A stretch of 64,000 bases of DNA, taken from positions 3,936,001-4,000,000 of the forward strand of contig OY760175.1 of the NCBI GenBank assembly GCA_963663165.1, given 5' to 3'. This DNA comes from an uncultured Desulfospira sp. Lineage in GTDB: Bacteria; Desulfobacterota; Desulfobacteria; Desulfobacterales; Desulfobacteraceae. Positions 8,724 through 19,246 of the stretch are shown piece by piece (within the stretch, counting starts at the first letter, position 1; each line of letters opens with the position of its first letter). A program made the position numbers and the translations under genes. The notes beneath the pieces were generated by a model. That model made no database searches. It was not told the origin of the DNA and saw nothing but the letters and a program-made list of their open reading frames with translations.

Positions 8724-11700
8724 ACTGCCGGGGCACCTTAATCCCAGGTCTCCCGGGAAATATGACGATATCCTCATCATCGACTTTGAGGCGGTGCCGG
8801 ATGGGGATATCTTTCATATGGGGGCGGTTCTCAACGACCAAACCTTTGAACGAAAAGACATAAAAGACAGCAAAGAAGCCCTGGAAAAGCTGGCAGAGTT
8901 CTCGTCCAATGCCGACTGTATCTTAGGGCACAACATCCTCAATCATGACCTGGCCCTCATAAAAAAAATATGGCCTGACTCCCCTTTGCTGCAGCTGCCG
9001 GTCATTGATACCCTTTACCTGTCGCCTCTGGCCTTTCCGGAAAACCCTTACCACAAGCTGGTTAAAGGGTATAAGCTGGTCAAAAGCAGCAAAAACAACC
9101 CCATCGCCGATGCAAAGCTTGCCTGGACAGTTTTTGAGGACCAGATGGCGGCCTTTTCCCGATTCAATGAAGACCATCCCGGGTTGATGGCCTTTTATGC
9201 TTTTGCCTTTGGAGGCGACCGGGCCACTTCCCCAAACCGCCCAACGGCCGGGATCCATGACCTGTTTGCCTCCTTTTGCGGCACCGTCCCGGATGCGGAT
9301 GAGGCAAAGCAGTTGTTTTTGGACCAGTGCCGGGATGCCGTATGCACCACGGCCTTTGACGCCGTCTGGGATGAAATCCGGGAAAGCCCCGCCCAAAGGC
9401 CGGTGCTTGCCTATGCCCTGTCCTGGCTCAGGGTGGCCGGCGGCAACTCCATTATCCCGCCCTGGGTCAAGCATGAATTCCCTGAAATTGGCCCTGTCAT
9501 TGAACGGCTCCGGTACGCCTGCGGCAGCAGCGACTGCCCCTGGTGCCGGGAAAACAACGACTCTGAAAAGCTGTTAAAAAAATACTTTGGATTTGACGCC
9601 TACCGGACCCTTGCCGACGGCCGGGATCTTCAAAAAGAGATTGTCGAATCCAACCTCGGGGGAGACTCTTTGCTGGCCATCCTGCCCACGGGCGGGGGCA
9701 AATCCATCTGCTACCAGATTCCCGCCCTTCACCGGTACCACCGCACCGGTGAACTGACCATTGTCATTTCCCCGCTCAAGGCCTTGATGAAAGATCAGGT
9801 GGACAACCTGAACAAGGCCGTGGGCGCTGATTTTGCCGGAGCGATCAACGGCAGCCTCACCCTGCCCGAACGGGGAGAAATCATGGAAAAGGTCCGGCTC
9901 GGGGATATCGGGATCCTGTATATCTCACCGGAACAGCTTCGAAATTTCAGTGTGGCCGAGCTGATCCGCTCCCGGGATACCGGGGCCTGGATCTTTGACG
10001 AGGCCCACTGCCTTTCCAAATGGGGCCACGATTTCAGGCCGGATTACCTGAGTGTGGCCGATTTTATCTATGACCAGCACAAAAAAGACCGCCGTCTGCC
10101 CCTGATCGGCGCATTCACGGCCACGGCCAAAAAGGACGTGATCCAGGAAATCACCGGCCATTTTAATGAAAAGCTTAACCTTGACCTGGTCCATTTCATC
10201 AGCGGGGTCCAGCGGGAAAACTTAAGTTTCCAGGTCTGGCCGGTCACCCAGAATGAAAAAAGCGATGTGATTTTCAATTGTCTTAAAGAGGCCCTGGCCG
10301 ATTCCGGCGGCAGTACCCCTGGCAGTGCCATTGTCTACTGCGCCACCACCAAAGCCACGGAAAAACTCAGCGCATTCTTAAATGAAAGAGGGATTGCGGC
10401 CCAGGCCTTTCACGCCAAAAGAAGCGAACCGGACAAACGAAACATCCAGGACGAATTTATTGCCGGCGCTATCCCGGTAATCTGCGCCACCAACGCATTC
10501 GGCATGGGAGTGGACAAAAAGGATATCCGCCTGGTCATCCATGCCGACATCCCGGGCTCCCTTGAAAATTACCTCCAGGAAGCGGGCCGGGCCGGCCGGG
10601 ACACAAAGCCTGCCGAATGTATCCTGCTGTACGAGCAGGACGATATTGAAAACCAGTTTTCCCTGAACGCCTATTCCAAATTAAGCTTAAAAGAGATTAA
10701 AAAAATCCTTTCTGTCTTAAAGAAAAGAGGGGAAAAGACCCCGGAAATTGTGATCACCCCCGGGGAGATCATGCGCCTGATCGGATCTTCTGATTTTGGA
10801 GAGAACGATGCAAAAGCCAGGACCGGGGTCAGCTGGCTTGAACGCAAAGGGTTTATCAAACGCTCCTTTAACCAGACCCTGTTCTTCACGGGAAGCCCCA
10901 TTGTCCGGGACATGGAAGAGGCAGAAAAGAAGATTGCAGCCCTGAACCTTTCCAAGGTCAAAACCCGGATATACCGGACCATCCTTTGCACCTTGTTCAA
11001 TGCGGATAAAGATGCCCTGCTGTCTGCCGACATCATTGTGGCCAATTTAGGGCAAATCGAAAACCTGCCCGACCAATACTTAGATCCCCGGCAGGTCCTT
11101 GGCCTGTTATCTGAAATGACCCGGGCCGGGCTGATCCGGGAAGGGGTGGTCATGACCGCCTTTGTCACCCCAAAGGGACCCAAAAGTTCCCTTAAAATTT
11201 TAAAGGCGTTCATGGAGATTGAAAATCAGATGCTTGATCTGATGATTCAGATGTCCCCGGATGCGCAAGCCTCACCGGACACACCGGACCTGGTCAACCT
11301 TCGCCTCATGTCCCAGCGTCTCAAAGACAGTGGATTTTCCCAGGTCAACACCGATATTGCCGGAAAAGTACTGCGGGCCATTGCAGGCGACAAGGGGGAC
11401 AACCAGGGAAGAAGCCTTAAAATCGCCGGCCGCAAAGGGTCGGAACAGCTCATGGTTTACGTCAACTTTCCCTGGCAGGAGATCAAAAAAAGGATCCAGC
11501 TGCGCCACCACTGCGCCGGGGTCTGCCTTGAGGTGATCATCGGCTCCCTGTCAAAACCCCTCCAGCAGGGCCGGGCCCAGGTCATGGCCGAGTTTTTTTT
11601 ATCCAAGATCATCCAGGCCATGCAGGCAGATGTGTTTTTGTCCGGCTACACCGGCAATCACCAGGCCCTGATCGAAAAAAGCCTGTTGTTCATGCACGAC

Positions 11701-13992
11701 ATGAAGGTGATCACCTTGCAGAACGGCTTAGGGGTGTTCCGCCAGGCCATGACCCTGGAACTGCTGGATCAGGGACGGAAGCGGCAATACACAAAGGGCG
11801 ATTTTGAAGCTTTATCCCAGCACTACGGCCAGAAGAACGTCCAGGTCCATGTCATGGAAAAGTATGCCCGGACCGGCCTTGAGAAAATCAAAACCGCCCT
11901 GGGGTTTGTCAGCGATTATTTTTCCTCCTCCTATGATGCCTTTATCCAGAAGCATTTCCCCGATGAAAAAGAACTGATCCAGACCGCCATGACCGCCCAG
12001 GCCTTTAAGACCATTGTCCAGTCCCTTGAAAACCCGGACCAGGAGGCCATTGTGGCGGCCCCGCCGGACACCAATCTTTTGGTCCTTGCAGGCCCCGGGT
12101 CCGGCAAGACAAGGACCGTTGTCCACCGCTGCGCCTGGCTGATCAAGGCCAGAAGTGTTGATCCCTCCTCCATCCTGGTGCTGTGTTTCAATCACCAGGC
12201 CATGATCGAGCTTCGAAAGCGAATCCGGGCACTGGTGGGCAAACGGGCCGGCAGCGTAACGGCCATGACCTATCACGGGTTTGCCATGCGCCTGACCGGC
12301 CGCTCTTTTCTGGATGGGGTAAAACGGCCTGAAACCTGCGAGACTGAAGGGTTTGACACCATTATTGAAGAAGCGGTTAACTTTTTAAACGGAAAAAAGG
12401 AAATCGCCGATATTGATCCGTCAGAGGCAAGACAGGTTCTGCTGGCCCGGTACCGGTATATTCTGGTGGACGAATACCAGGACATTGATGATGGCCAGTA
12501 CCGGTTTATCTCGGCCCTGACGGGAAGGCTTGAACAGGACCGGGACGCTAAAATATCCATCATGGCCGTGGGGGACGATGACCAGAGCATTTACGGTTTC
12601 CGGAAGGCCAATGTCAAATTCATAAAGCAGTTCCAGGAAGATTACCAGGCCCAAACCTTCTGCCTTACGGAAAACTACCGGTCTTCTTATCCTATTATCC
12701 AAGCATCCAACGCCTTTATCGCCCAGAATAAAGATCGGATGAAAACCGGCCAACCCTGCCGGATCAACCGCAAAAGAAAATCGTTTGAAAAAAAGGCCCG
12801 TGAATTCACCGGTAGAGAACTTGTCCAGGTGGTCCATGTTAAAGACACGACCTCCCAGGCCGTTTTTGTTGCCCGGACCATCAAGAATCTGGTGGCCGGA
12901 TCACGGGATCTAAATTACAACGATATGGCCGTGGTTTCCAGAAACGGCCTGGGATATCCTTTCCTGGTATCCGTGAGAATGGCCCTGGCCGGAGAAAATA
13001 TCCCCTTTTCCCGCGCCATCAATGCCGGTTCCGGGTTCCCCCTGTTTAAAATCAGGGAAATACAGACCCTGATCCGGTATCTGGAAAAGCATCAAGATGA
13101 AAGCAAAACCCCGGCGGATTTAAAACGGGAAGCCATGGGGCTGTTTGAGCAGCAAAACAGCTGGACGGATCAGGCGGCACAACTGCTTGACGCCTGGTGT
13201 GAGATCAATTCGGATATGGACATCTCCGTTGCCCGGGCCAGGGATTTTGTGATTGAAACCCTGGTGGAGGAGCGGCGGGAACACCAGACCGGGACCGGGG
13301 TTTTCCTGGGCACGGCCCACAGTGTAAAAGGAATGGAATTTCCCTATGTGTTTATTCTGGACGGCGGCTGGACCTCCCATGATATTGAAGAAGAGCGCCG
13401 GCTGTTTTACGTGGCCATGACCCGGGCCATCCGGGGTGTCTATATGGTCAAAGTTCAAACCTTTGCCAACCCCCATGTCCCCTGCCTGGAACAAAACGAG
13501 TTCGCCCGTGTTGCTAAGGCAGAACCATCAGCAATACCAGAGTTCAATGAATCTTGGACCATCTCCATTTTGGGGCTTGAAGACCTGTTCATTTCCTATG
13601 CCGGCCTGTTCCCCCAGGGGCATGATATCCACCACGCCATTTCTGAGCTTCAGCCTCTGGACAGGGTCTGCCTGGTGGAAGAAAAGCACCATATTTTTGT
13701 GAAGGACCGGCAGGGCCGGATCATTGCAAGGCTTTCAGCCAAAGGGCGGACCGTATGGCAGGAGCAGATCCACGCCATCCGCTCTGCCAAGGTTCTGGGC
13801 ATTATCCAGCGCCGCAAAACAGACAATCCGAACCATGACGGCTCTGCGGAAAGAACCGATGAATGGGAAATCCCTATCGTGGAAATTCTTCATGACCGAC
13901 AGGGGCAGACTGGATACACGAGTGGTGATTCCCATGTGCCCCCTTTCGTTTATGGGAGGAAAGGCCATGGCAAGATTATCTCCAGTCTTTGA
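8677..13992 (+). CDS. Large fusion protein: DEDD-type exonuclease, RecQ helicase and UvrD-type helicase (start uncertain)
   Basis: IDFE/GHNILNHDL/IDTL; PTGGGKS, DEAH, ATNAFGMGVDK, QEAGRAGRD; AGPGSGKT, VDEYQD, VGDDDQSIYGFR, ENYRS, EEERRLFYVAMTRA. Confidence 0.9.
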   Translation: MRGWGMGPHLTTRATELPGHLNPRSPGKYDDILIIDFEAVPDGDIFHMGAVLNDQTFERKDIKDSKEALEKLAEFSSNADCILGHNILNHDLALIKKIWPDSPLLQLPVIDTLYLSPLAFPENPYHKLVKGYKLVKSSKNNPIADAKLAWTVFEDQMAAFSRFNEDHPGLMAFYAFAFGGDRATSPNRPTAGIHDLFASFCGTVPDADEAKQLFLDQCRDAVCTTAFDAVWDEIRESPAQRPVLAYALSWLRVAGGNSIIPPWVKHEFPEIGPVIERLRYACGSSDCPWCRENNDSEKLLKKYFGFDAYRTLADGRDLQKEIVESNLGGDSLLAILPTGGGKSICYQIPALHRYHRTGELTIVISPLKALMKDQVDNLNKAVGADFAGAINGSLTLPERGEIMEKVRLGDIGILYISPEQLRNFSVAELIRSRDTGAWIFDEAHCLSKWGHDFRPDYLSVADFIYDQHKKDRRLPLIGAFTATAKKDVIQEITGHFNEKLNLDLVHFISGVQRENLSFQVWPVTQNEKSDVIFNCLKEALADSGGSTPGSAIVYCATTKATEKLSAFLNERGIAAQAFHAKRSEPDKRNIQDEFIAGAIPVICATNAFGMGVDKKDIRLVIHADIPGSLENYLQEAGRAGRDTKPAECILLYEQDDIENQFSLNAYSKLSLKEIKKILSVLKKRGEKTPEIVITPGEIMRLIGSSDFGENDAKARTGVSWLERKGFIKRSFNQTLFFTGSPIVRDMEEAEKKIAALNLSKVKTRIYRTILCTLFNADKDALLSADIIVANLGQIENLPDQYLDPRQVLGLLSEMTRAGLIREGVVMTAFVTPKGPKSSLKILKAFMEIENQMLDLMIQMSPDAQASPDTPDLVNLRLMSQRLKDSGFSQVNTDIAGKVLRAIAGDKGDNQGRSLKIAGRKGSEQLMVYVNFPWQEIKKRIQLRHHCAGVCLEVIIGSLSKPLQQGRAQVMAEFFLSKIIQAMQADVFLSGYTGNHQALIEKSLLFMHDMKVITLQNGLGVFRQAMTLELLDQGRKRQYTKGDFEALSQHYGQKNVQVHVMEKYARTGLEKIKTALGFVSDYFSSSYDAFIQKHFPDEKELIQTAMTAQAFKTIVQSLENPDQEAIVAAPPDTNLLVLAGPGSGKTRTVVHRCAWLIKARSVDPSSILVLCFNHQAMIELRKRIRALVGKRAGSVTAMTYHGFAMRLTGRSFLDGVKRPETCETEGFDTIIEEAVNFLNGKKEIADIDPSEARQVLLARYRYILVDEYQDIDDGQYRFISALTGRLEQDRDAKISIMAVGDDDQSIYGFRKANVKFIKQFQEDYQAQTFCLTENYRSSYPIIQASNAFIAQNKDRMKTGQPCRINRKRKSFEKKAREFTGRELVQVVHVKDTTSQAVFVARTIKNLVAGSRDLNYNDMAVVSRNGLGYPFLVSVRMALAGENIPFSRAINAGSGFPLFKIREIQTLIRYLEKHQDESKTPADLKREAMGLFEQQNSWTDQAAQLLDAWCEINSDMDISVARARDFVIETLVEERREHQTGTGVFLGTAHSVKGMEFPYVFILDGGWTSHDIEEERRLFYVAMTRAIRGVYMVKVQTFANPHVPCLEQNEFARVAKAEPSAIPEFNESWTISILGLEDLFISYAGLFPQGHDIHHAISELQPLDRVCLVEEKHHIFVKDRQGRIIARLSAKGRTVWQEQIHAIRSAKVLGIIQRRKTDNPNHDGSAERTDEWEIPIVEILHDRQGQTGYTSGDSHVPPFVYGRKGHGKIISSL

Positions 13993-14134
13993 CATTAATG
14001 GACACCCCTACGTCCTTCTTACTCCCCAGCTGGCCGGAATAGAAACCTCTGATATGGGGCGGGCTGTTTCAGACCTGTCCGGGCAGAGGACAGATATCAT
14101 TAATGCCCTGGATTTTCTTTTCACAGGGATTTGA
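13892..14134 (+). pseudogene. ccdB: 5'-truncated CcdB-family toxin
   Basis: LDTRVVIP..LSPVFDING..YVLLTPQLAGI....G..V.DLS.QRTDIINALDFLFTGI matches the CcdB C-terminal part; N-terminus and ccdA missing. Confidence 0.75.
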
Positions 14135-14409
14135 ATCCTTACGCTATCTGTTTTTTAAACATCGTCCGGGAGGGTTTGTAAACGGGCTGCACTTCCTGAT
14201 CCGCACCCGGATTTTGTGTCAGTTTTTTTTATAACCTGTAAAACTCCTCAAACCTCTCTCCCCCTTGTCTTTTCATCTTAAATGTAAAGGGGGGAACAAG
14301 GTCCGGGCCGGGCAACCCACACCCAACCCCCTTAATTTATATCCATTTACAAATAAAGGCGTCTCTTTCCCGCCCTTCGAAAAACGCGGGCTGCCCGGCT
14401 CCGGAGCAC

Positions 14410-14425
14410 TGGCATATCATTTGCA
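14410..14425 (+). promoter_or_regulatory. sigma-54 promoter upstream of the TRAP operon
   Basis: TGGCATATCATTTGCA = TGGCA-N6-TTGC, near consensus. Confidence 0.7.
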
Positions 14426-14604
14426 AATTTTGTTTGACAGGCCTTGGCAATACGCCGGTTTTTTTTGCTGTATTAATCAGCCTGGATGTTTAACCGGATA
14501 ACGGGCAGACCTTTTTTAAGGAAAAGTGGTTTATGGGTACTGGAAGTTGGGGTTTTAAATAACGGCAATTTTCTTTTTATATTTAATCTTCAGGGGGGTG
14601 AACA

Positions 14605-15663
14605 ATGGAACATAAAAAGCCAGATAACGGTTTTAGATTTTTTCTGCTTTCAGTTCTGCTTATTGCTCTTGTTTCTCTTTCATCTGCATGTTCAAACAAT
14701 AAAGACAGTCAAGAAAAACCTTATGAATTAAAATTTGCACATCATGAGCCGGCCAGCAGCGATAAGGGCAAAATGTTTCAGGCATGGGCTGATGAGGTGA
14801 ATGCCGCTGCAAAAGGCAAACTGATTATTACCGTTTATCCGAGCGGTACGCTGGGGTCGGTTGTTGACGGTATGAACATGGTCAATAACGGTATTTGTGA
14901 CATCCTCTGGTCATTTACCGGTTTTTTTAATAAAGAATTCACCGCAACCGATGTCATGAGCCTGCCCATGCTGGGATTTGAAAACACGGTGCATACCGTT
15001 GATGCCTTCTGGGAACTGTATGATAAACGGCCTGAAATCCAGAAAGAATTTGAAGGTCTTAAAGTGCTGGCCCTTTATGCGCATCCACCGGCGGTATTGG
15101 GTACGGATAAAAAAGTAACCTGTGTTGATGACATAAAAGGGCTTAAGATTCGTGTTCCCACAGGCCCTGCAACTCAGGTGATCAAAGAGTGGGGCGCCAT
15201 TCCAATGACCATCCCTACGCCGGATATCTACCAGTCCCTTGAAAAAGGCGTAATCAACGGCTATGTCTTTGACTGGGCCGGCATTCCAGGGTTTAAACTT
15301 CAGGAACCCACCAAATATTTTCTGGATATCAAGCTTTATGCCGGCCCGATGTTTATTGTAATCAACGAGAAAAAATGGAACGGCCTGCCTGAGGATCTTC
15401 AGAAAATTATCGAAGAACATTCATACAAAAAACTGTCCATGAGCATTGCCGAAAATCAGGACCAGGTGGTCAGCGCCTTTATTGCTTTAATGCAGAAGGA
15501 AGGCAAGACCGTTATCTTTCCGGATGAGAAACAGCTTGCCGGTTTCAAGGTGGCTGCCGATAAAGTCGTGAAACAGTGGATTGCCGAGATGAACGCCAAA
15601 GGGGCTGATGGACAGGGCCTGTATGATGCCGCACTTGATGTGGTGAAAAAATACAAAAAATAA
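14605..15663 (+). CDS. dctP: TRAP transporter substrate-binding lipoprotein
   Basis: Lipobox LSSAC, VYPSGTLG, KGLKIRV, IYQSLEKGVING. Confidence 0.9.
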   Translation: MEHKKPDNGFRFFLLSVLLIALVSLSSACSNNKDSQEKPYELKFAHHEPASSDKGKMFQAWADEVNAAAKGKLIITVYPSGTLGSVVDGMNMVNNGICDILWSFTGFFNKEFTATDVMSLPMLGFENTVHTVDAFWELYDKRPEIQKEFEGLKVLALYAHPPAVLGTDKKVTCVDDIKGLKIRVPTGPATQVIKEWGAIPMTIPTPDIYQSLEKGVINGYVFDWAGIPGFKLQEPTKYFLDIKLYAGPMFIVINEKKWNGLPEDLQKIIEEHSYKKLSMSIAENQDQVVSAFIALMQKEGKTVIFPDEKQLAGFKVAADKVVKQWIAEMNAKGADGQGLYDAALDVVKKYKK

Positions 15664-15683
15664 ACGGCCATCTTCCTTTAAAT

Positions 15684-15729
15684 AAAATTGACTGCCGGAT
15701 TGTATACCCTATTTCCGGCAGTCAATTTT
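15684..15729 (+). other. Intergenic stem-loop after dctP (mRNA stabiliser/attenuator)
   Basis: AAAATTGACTGCCGGA...TCCGGCAGTCAATTTT. Confidence 0.6.
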
Positions 15730-15751
15730 ACCCCTAAGCCACCGCAAAACC

Positions 15752-16291
15752 ATGAAGGAGGCTGTTTTGACTTCATTATCAAATACATTAAAAAAAATAA
15801 GCCGTATCGGGTATGTCATCAGCGCCAGCGGCGTTGTTCTTATTATGGCGCTGATATCTGCTGATATCCTGTTGCGCACAACCATTAATGTTTCAATTCT
15901 CGGCTGTTATGAAATTATTGAGGTCATCATGTCCATCTGCGTTTTTATGTCTTTTGCCTATACACAGACTAAAAAAGGGCATGTTCATGTCACCATGCTG
16001 ATCAGCAAACTGCCGGCAAAAGCGCGATTTATCTGCTTTTCGCTGACCAGCCTGCTGTCAACGGCTCTGGCCGGGGCAATTGCTGTTGCCGCCTTTTATC
16101 AGGGACTGGAAATCATCAGAAAAGGAACCAGTACCGGCGTTCTTGCCATACCGTATTTTCCTTTTTATTTCGTTGAAAGCCTGGCCATGGCGCTGTTTAC
16201 CCTTGTTCTTTTAGGGGACAGCATACAGGCGTTTATGGCCATTTTTAATCCGAACGTGGCTGAAGAAGTAGAAAGCACATGGACCTCTTGA
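15752..16291 (+). CDS. dctQ: TRAP small permease
   Basis: Four TM segments, GHVHVT motif, position between dctP and dctM. Confidence 0.88.
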   Translation: MKEAVLTSLSNTLKKISRIGYVISASGVVLIMALISADILLRTTINVSILGCYEIIEVIMSICVFMSFAYTQTKKGHVHVTMLISKLPAKARFICFSLTSLLSTALAGAIAVAAFYQGLEIIRKGTSTGVLAIPYFPFYFVESLAMALFTLVLLGDSIQAFMAIFNPNVAEEVESTWTS

Positions 16292-16310
16292 TTACGGGAG
16301 TGAAATCAAT

Positions 16311-17615
16311 ATGAGTGTAACATGGGTTGGTGTCATCGGAATTTTAGCCCTTTTAATCCTGCTGGCCATGGGCATGAATATCGGACTTACCATGCTGATT
16401 GTAGGGTTTACAGGATTTGCGTATATTGTTGGCATTCAGGCGGCCATGGGGCTGTTAAAAACCGTTCCATTCACAAATGCCGCAAATTACGCGTTAACCG
16501 TTATCCCTCTCTTTGTTCTGATGGGGCAGTTTGCCTTCCATTCGGGAATGAGTGAGGGATTGTATAATTCAGCCCATAAGTGGCTGGGACGGCTTCCCGG
16601 AGGCCTTGCCTGTGCGACGTTAGGCGCCTGTGCCGCATTTGCAGCGATATGCGGCTCAACGGCGGCTACGGCAGCGACAATGGGAACGGTAGCGCTCCCG
16701 GAGATGAAACGGCACGGATATGATGCCGGCCTTTCCACTGGAAGTATCGCAGCGGGGGGAACCTTAGGGATACTGATTCCGCCCAGTACCGGTTTTATAC
16801 TGTATGGCATTATTGCAGAGCAGTCTATTGGACGTCTTTTTGCTGCCGGGGTTTTTCCAGGTTTGGTGCTTGCCGTATTTTGTATCATCACCGTTGTTAT
16901 CCGGGTTAAAAGAAATCCCAAACTCGCTCCTTATACGGAACGCTTTTCTTTAATTGAAAAAATTAAGTCCTTAAAAGGGGTCATCGGGGTATTGATTCTT
17001 TTTATATTTGTTATCGGCGGTATGTTTTCAGGGCTTTTTACGGCCAATGAAGCCGCCGGAGCCGGTGCTTTTATTGCGTTTATCCTGATGGCTGTCAGTA
17101 AAAAACTGACCTGGAAAAGTTTTTCAATGGCCTTAGAAGATACCATATTGACGACCTCCATGATTTTTTTAATACTGATTGGCGCTTATATATTCGGATA
17201 TTTTCTAACGGTAACCAAAATCCCGGTAACCCTGGCCGCTTTTGTTGAAGGTCTCAATGTAAGCAGATATGTAATTTTGTTATTTGTCATTATTGTATAT
17301 ACGGTCCTTGGCTGTATTATGGACTCTCTTGCCATGGTGATGCTGACCGTTCCCATTTTTCTTCCGATTCTTGTCGGCCTTGATTTTGATCCAGTCTGGT
17401 TCGGTGTTGTTGCCATTATGGTTATGGAGCAGGGGCTTATTACGCCGCCAGTGGGTTTAAATGTTTATATTATGTCAGGGGTGGCAAAAGGGGTGCCGTT
17501 GACGGTTATCTTCAAAGGGGTGGCGCCTTTTATTTTGGCCATACTAAGTGCTATTGTGGTGATGATACTTTTTCCGCAAATCGCACTGTTTCTTCCGAAT
17601 CTGCTTTATAATTAG
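16311..17615 (+). CDS. dctM: TRAP large permease
   Basis: IPLFVLMG, GGTLGILIPPS, GLITPPVGLN. Confidence 0.92.
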   Translation: MSVTWVGVIGILALLILLAMGMNIGLTMLIVGFTGFAYIVGIQAAMGLLKTVPFTNAANYALTVIPLFVLMGQFAFHSGMSEGLYNSAHKWLGRLPGGLACATLGACAAFAAICGSTAATAATMGTVALPEMKRHGYDAGLSTGSIAAGGTLGILIPPSTGFILYGIIAEQSIGRLFAAGVFPGLVLAVFCIITVVIRVKRNPKLAPYTERFSLIEKIKSLKGVIGVLILFIFVIGGMFSGLFTANEAAGAGAFIAFILMAVSKKLTWKSFSMALEDTILTTSMIFLILIGAYIFGYFLTVTKIPVTLAAFVEGLNVSRYVILLFVIIVYTVLGCIMDSLAMVMLTVPIFLPILVGLDFDPVWFGVVAIMVMEQGLITPPVGLNVYIMSGVAKGVPLTVIFKGVAPFILAILSAIVVMILFPQIALFLPNLLYN

Positions 17616-17767
17616 ACCACAATATTGATATAAAAGAGTTATCTTGAACCAAAATTTTTTACAGCACCGGGCGCGATGCTTCCCTTCGGCCCCAAAAGGC
17701 GACCCTGGGCAAAAATGCCGGGTCAAACCCTATAACGACGACACCATAATTTCAGGAGTGTAACACC

Positions 17768-19246
17768 ATGCGTTCTTCTTTTCCCATATTGACCGCAGAT
17801 GAAGCGGCCGCATTTGTCAATGATCAGGATACGGTCTCCTTCTCAGGATTCGGACAGGCCGGGGAGGCCAAGGCGGTTCCCCTGGCCCTGGCAAGGCGGG
17901 CCCAGGAGCTTCATGGAAAGGGACTGCCCTTTGCCATGCGCATACTGACCGGGGCATCCTCAGGAAGGGTCATTGATGAGGTGCTGGCCGAGGTGAATGC
18001 GGTCTGCTGGCGGGCACCCTACCAGTCCGGTAAGGCCCTGCGCAACCAGATTAACAGCCAGAAGGTGGAGTATGTGGACATGCACCTGTCCCATGTTCCC
18101 CAGACCATGATATCCGGTTTTCTGGGCAGGGTAAATTTTGCCATTGTGGAGGCCAGTGAAATCACCCCTGACGGCAGGGTTTTCCTGACCACGGGCATTG
18201 GCGGCAGCCCCGCCTTTCTCAAATATGCCGATAAGGTGATCATTGAGATCAACACCAAACAGTCCAGCCGGTTAAGGGAATTTTCCGATATTCTGGTCAT
18301 GCCCAAGCCGCCCCACAGGGACCCCATCTCCATACTCAGCCCCCTGACCCGGATCGGCGTGCCCTATGCCAGTGTGGACCCCAAAAAAGTGGTGGCAGTT
18401 GTGGAAAACGATCAGCCGGACAGCTCCGTCTCCTTTGCCCCCCCCAATGAGGCTGGACTGAAAATCGCCGAACACCTGGTCCAGTTTCTGGCTGAAGAGC
18501 GCCAAAAAGGGCGTATTCCCCCCAATTTTCTGCCCCTCCAGTCCGGGGTGGGCAATGTGGCCAACGGGGTAATGGCGGCGTTGGGAACCCATCCGGATAT
18601 CCCGCCCTTTACCATGTATTCGGAAGTGTATCAGGACTCCTTAGTGGACCTGATGGAAAACGGGCGGCTGACCGGTGCCAGTGCCACGGCCCTGACCCTG
18701 ACCCCTGCCGCCCTTAAACGGATCGTGGGCAATATGGATTTCTTCAGCGATAAAATCGTGCTGCGCCCCCAGGAGATCTCCAATCATCCCGGTATCATCC
18801 GCAGGCTCGGGGTGATTGCCATGAACACCGCCATAGAAGCGGATATCTACGGCAACGTGAACTCCTCCCATATTTACGGTATGGACATCATGAACGGCAT
18901 CGGCGGGAGCGGCGAATTCACCCGGAACAGCTACCTGTCGATTTTCATGACCCCGTCCATCGCCAAACAGGGCAAAGTTTCCGCCATTGTTCCCATGTGC
19001 CCCCACATTGACAACAATGAACATTCGGTCCAGGTCCTGGTCACGGAACAGGGATTGGCGGATTTAAGAGGGCTTGGCCCCATGCAGCGGGCTCATAAGA
19101 TCATCGAAAACTGCGCCCACCCCATGTATAAGGACTATTTGAATAAATATATTGAAACGGCACGGCCGGGCCATATCCGGCACAACCTGTCCAGATGTTT
19201 TGAGCTGCACGAAAACCTGATGAATACGGGGCAGATGTTGCCATAA
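17768..19246 (+). CDS. Acetyl-CoA hydrolase / succinyl-CoA:acetate CoA-transferase
   Basis: DMHLSH, PLQSGVGNVAN, YSEVYQD, LRPQEISN, MNGIGGSG, VTEQGLADLRGL. Confidence 0.9.
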   Translation: MRSSFPILTADEAAAFVNDQDTVSFSGFGQAGEAKAVPLALARRAQELHGKGLPFAMRILTGASSGRVIDEVLAEVNAVCWRAPYQSGKALRNQINSQKVEYVDMHLSHVPQTMISGFLGRVNFAIVEASEITPDGRVFLTTGIGGSPAFLKYADKVIIEINTKQSSRLREFSDILVMPKPPHRDPISILSPLTRIGVPYASVDPKKVVAVVENDQPDSSVSFAPPNEAGLKIAEHLVQFLAEERQKGRIPPNFLPLQSGVGNVANGVMAALGTHPDIPPFTMYSEVYQDSLVDLMENGRLTGASATALTLTPAALKRIVGNMDFFSDKIVLRPQEISNHPGIIRRLGVIAMNTAIEADIYGNVNSSHIYGMDIMNGIGGSGEFTRNSYLSIFMTPSIAKQGKVSAIVPMCPHIDNNEHSVQVLVTEQGLADLRGLGPMQRAHKIIENCAHPMYKDYLNKYIETARPGHIRHNLSRCFELHENLMNTGQMLP

